Shown here: piece by piece, positions 61,606 through 64,000 of the stretch
How the letters are laid out: every line of letters begins with the position of its first letter
Numbering within the stretch: the first letter of the stretch is position 1
Assembly (NCBI GenBank): GCA_913055735.1
Contig: CAJXKD010000001.1
Location: forward strand, 1,520,281 to 1,584,280
Length of the DNA: 64,000 nucleotides
Source: an uncultured Rhodospirillales bacterium
Lineage (GTDB): Bacteria; Pseudomonadota; Alphaproteobacteria; Rhodospirillales; UBA2165
Direction of reading: 5' to 3'
Notes under the pieces: model-generated
Databases searched by the model: none
What the model was told of the DNA's origin: nothing
The model's input: the letters and a program-made list of their open reading frames with translations, nothing else
Program-made: the position numbers and the translations under genes

Positions 61606-63507
61606 ATGACGAATCCGATTCCGGCCAGAACGTATTTTATCTACGCAGCAATGGTGCTTGTTACGGCGACTATATTTCTCCTGAGACACCATGAAATTCA
61701 CGGCGAAAATTACTACTACTGGTTCTTTTCAAAGGCCTTTCTGGAAACGGGGCGTTTTCCTGTTTTTGACCGAAGCCCGATAACGGCCCTTTACTTGGCG
61801 CCGTTTGCGGCATTCGGCTTTCCCGTTGGCGTTACGGCAGAGTTTGTTTTTCGTTCTTTTGTGGTCGGTGCCGGCCTGTTCGTATTTCTTCGGTTACTGG
61901 TCGGTCCCACAATTGCCGTGTTCGGCGCTCTTCTTTGGCTACCGTATTTGGAGGATGCGGCACCCATGGGCCAAGGACTCGGTTTGGTATGCGTTTTGTT
62001 TGCCGTCTGGATCAGGGTTTGTCATCCCAATGTCCGGCTCTCGACCTTTTATGCCTTGCTCGTTTTGGCATACATGTTCCGCCTTGATTTCGCCGCGCTA
62101 ATCCTCCTGTTTGCGATATTTGATGCCGTCAATTTGTTCCTCCGGCGTGGACACCTGAACAATATCCTTGAGAGTTGTCGTCCCCGTCTATCGGACTGGC
62201 CTGTTGTTCTTGTTGTTGGATTGGTAGTTTGGTTCCTTGTCGCACAGTGGGATTCCCCATGGAACAATGCTTATGGACAGCCCGTTCCGTGGCTGCCTGT
62301 CGACAACCCAAAAAGTCTCGGCCAAGCGAATTTCATCCTGCTTCTGAACAACTGGGCGATCGCGCAGGCTGATATCCTGCCACCCGACTACGATATCTAT
62401 TTCACTCATGAAACATTGCTCGGTGGCTACAAGAACGTGTGGGGCATCGTCGTCCACAATGGCCCTCTTGTCGCTGCCCTCATCGATAAGAGCATCATTG
62501 AGTTGATCAAGGGGTGGGTTTGGATGACGTCCTTGCCGCGCGCGTACCTTTTCCCAAACCTGAGCATACTGAGTCACTTTACGGTTCTTCTCGTTATTTT
62601 CGGCGCCGCTTTCAGTAAGTGTGCCGACAGTCGTTCGCTCAAAAGCCTCTTGGCGATCTTCGTTCTTGGCCTGATTGCATTGAAGGTGCCGCAAATCTTC
62701 GGCGGTGGCGGATCCCTTCGACACTTCGGTGGAACGGTTCCGGTATTTTTGATGGCGGCTCTCGGCGTTGCGGCGGCTATAAGCCGAGTCCTGGACAGGG
62801 ATGAAAAAATCGATGCGTGGCTGCTTGTCGGCCTGCTTCTGATTAGCGGTTTCTATTTGATGGATCGCGTTCTCGCTTTCTTCGATGGGGCGGTGTCTTT
62901 TCCGGCGGTCCAAATGGGGCTTCTGTTGACGGTCCTTATCGCGATGTTGGTTGTTCGCTGGGGGCCCGATGTTTTGAGGCGCCTAAGCAGGCGTTGTGGC
63001 GCCCTGATTTCGGTCGTCTCCATTCTTGTTTTCGCGACGCCACACCTCACTTGGGGCCCCATATTTCGGGACTTGGCTCACGATATATACAATGGAAGTT
63101 TTTCGATAAATGAGTTGCGCGAAGGGGAAAGATCACCGCGGAGAATTGCAAAAACTGCGCTTCCGTTGATAAAAAATTGTGAAGGCATCCTTACGACAGA
63201 TGCGTTGTTCTTCGCTGCCTTTACGCCGCTTCCGATCGACAAGTTCCATTCCAGCTTTGAAATACCACCCTTCGGAAGCTTCGCAACGGGCGAACTCGGA
63301 AAACTAGACCCTGCTACCATCGACTGTCTTTTAATTCCGTCCTACCTCGAGAAAACCAAGGCAAATGCCATCAATCTGCAACGACGGTACCGCGAGTATA
63401 TATTGCCTTATGCGCGCCATCTGAAATCACTGGGAGCCCGAAGCTACAAGTTGCCCGATTACGGCGAAGTGATTGTCTTGAACGGACAGGCCCCGTCACC
63501 GGACTAA
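61606..63507 (+). CDS. Polytopic membrane protein, GT-C-fold-like glycosyltransferase (ArnT/PMT-like) candidate
   Basis: 633 aa with ATG start. About 13-14 hydrophobic helices plus a roughly 145-aa soluble C-terminal domain. The first loop GENYYYWFFSKAFLETGRFPV aligns by eye with the ArnT loop [21 protein letters not shown]. Confidence 0.4.
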   Translation: MTNPIPARTYFIYAAMVLVTATIFLLRHHEIHGENYYYWFFSKAFLETGRFPVFDRSPITALYLAPFAAFGFPVGVTAEFVFRSFVVGAGLFVFLRLLVGPTIAVFGALLWLPYLEDAAPMGQGLGLVCVLFAVWIRVCHPNVRLSTFYALLVLAYMFRLDFAALILLFAIFDAVNLFLRRGHLNNILESCRPRLSDWPVVLVVGLVVWFLVAQWDSPWNNAYGQPVPWLPVDNPKSLGQANFILLLNNWAIAQADILPPDYDIYFTHETLLGGYKNVWGIVVHNGPLVAALIDKSIIELIKGWVWMTSLPRAYLFPNLSILSHFTVLLVIFGAAFSKCADSRSLKSLLAIFVLGLIALKVPQIFGGGGSLRHFGGTVPVFLMAALGVAAAISRVLDRDEKIDAWLLVGLLLISGFYLMDRVLAFFDGAVSFPAVQMGLLLTVLIAMLVVRWGPDVLRRLSRRCGALISVVSILVFATPHLTWGPIFRDLAHDIYNGSFSINELREGERSPRRIAKTALPLIKNCEGILTTDALFFAAFTPLPIDKFHSSFEIPPFGSFATGELGKLDPATIDCLLIPSYLEKTKANAINLQRRYREYILPYARHLKSLGARSYKLPDYGEVIVLNGQAPSPD

Positions 63508-63906
63508 ATCGTCGAACGTTCTTTTCTCACGGATGTAGTCCGCTTCCGAATAGTGGTCCGAGGCCAGAACCAAGCAGATGCTATCCGCAATCATCGGGGT
63601 AATGACAAGCCATGACATGGGCGGAACGTAAAGTCCACGGTCCCTGGTATCGAGCAGAAACGAATCGATGCGCCCGCTAAACTCCAAATCGACGCGAAAC
63701 GAACCCGCCAGACAAATTAGGAACTGCTCCAGCTCCTTGTGTGCATGGCCGCCGCGTTCGATATCTGGAAGGCAGTCATATATATAGAAGACCCGCTTGA
63801 TTTCGAATGGAACGTGATCTCCGCATTCGGCCACACCCAGGGTGCCGCGCACCGGATCCCGGATTTCTGAAAGGGACACGAGCCGTGGTTCGAGAGTCGA
63901 CATCAT
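63496..63906 (-). CDS. FdtA/WxcM-like cupin (NDP-4-keto-6-deoxyhexose 3,4-ketoisomerase family)
   Basis: 136 aa from the ATG at 63906. Motifs RGTLGVAE, PFEIKRVFYIYD, ERGGHAHKELEQFLICLAGS and ASDHYSEADYIRE. 12-nt convergent overlap with the plus-strand gene. Confidence 0.8.
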   Translation of the reverse strand: MMSTLEPRLVSLSEIRDPVRGTLGVAECGDHVPFEIKRVFYIYDCLPDIERGGHAHKELEQFLICLAGSFRVDLEFSGRIDSFLLDTRDRGLYVPPMSWLVITPMIADSICLVLASDHYSEADYIREKRTFDDLVR

Positions 63907-64000
63907 TTGAATTCGTTCTCGGCTTCCAGGTCGTTCAACAGACGTCCCGTCAGGACGAGCCGCGCGCATAGGAAGTTGAACGGAACGACGAAAAACAATA
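63903..64000 (-). CDS. 3' end of an upstream minus-strand gene running off the right edge (product unknown, hydrophobic C-terminus)
   Basis: My hand translation gives an open frame from the window edge, ...LFFVVPFNFLCARLVLTGRLLNDLEAENEFK*. It ends in a TGA that forms an ATGA overlap with the FdtA-like start. It is too short for the ORF track. Confidence 0.35.
   Translation of the reverse strand, partial: LFFVVPFNFLCARLVLTGRLLNDLEAENEFK

Noticed and set aside
1-64000. Search for mobile elements, CRISPR arrays, tRNA/rRNA genes, and defence or toxin-antitoxin systems
   Set aside because: I saw no transposase, integrase or recombinase-like translation. I saw no regularly spaced direct repeats, no tRNA- or rRNA-like segments, and no nuclease, helicase, methylase-restriction or small paired toxin-antitoxin ORFs. 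Every sizeable ORF with motifs is a glycan-biosynthesis enzyme. Inverted terminal repeats cannot be excluded by eye.

Overview
This is bacterial DNA, probably proteobacterial, and it is almost entirely coding. GC content is uneven: hand counts of about a dozen 60-nt lines gave roughly 47-63% GC.

I can support 58 complete protein-coding genes, one edge-truncated CDS and one gene relic. Fifty-six genes are on the minus strand and three on the plus strand. I saw no rRNA, tRNA, CRISPR array, transposase, integrase or recognisable defence or toxin genes.

Every product I can recognise belongs to surface-glycan biosynthesis (O-antigen, capsule or glycoprotein glycan). The locus reads as these blocks:
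- **Initiation block, 115-5371.** It resembles the Pseudomonas wbpL/wbpM end and is the most GC-rich part of the window.
- **C-methyl branched-sugar module, 5.4-9.2 kb.**
- **Glycosyltransferases and tailoring enzymes, 9-17 kb.**
- **Radical-SAM/SPASM, SDR, cytidylyltransferase, FkbM and flavoprotein module, 17.8-23.5 kb.**
- **Pseudaminic-acid-type nonulosonic acid pathway, 32-42 kb** (pseB, pseC, pseG-like, pseI-like, pseF, pseH-like), interleaved with non-canonical genes.
- **Carrier-protein acylation module, 25.8-32.8 kb**, directly fused to the Pse pathway: ACP, FkbH-like loader, MaoC-SDR fusion and GNAT, plus an aminopeptidase-like DUF4910 protein and a large orphan transferase-like protein.
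- **Export and tailoring genes, 43-52.8 kb:** an MsbA/PglK-type ABC exporter, a sulfotransferase-like protein, an SGNH protein, a carbamoyltransferase and a B12-radical-SAM enzyme.
- **Split transketolase pair and a further nucleotide-sugar module, 54-61 kb**, ending in an HldE-like enzyme with inverted domain order.
- **Divergently transcribed GT-C-like polytopic membrane protein, 61.6-63.5 kb.**

No Wzx/Wzy/Wzz or Wzm/Wzt genes are recognisable inside the window.

The best candidate for something undescribed is the ACP/FkbH-dependent acylation machinery wired into the nonulosonic acid pathway. It sits in a glycan locus with unusually dense tailoring: two radical SAM enzymes, a split transketolase, six SAM methyltransferases, and carbamoyl, sulfo and acyl transfer functions.

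All functional calls come from reading motifs in the supplied translations. No database search was run.
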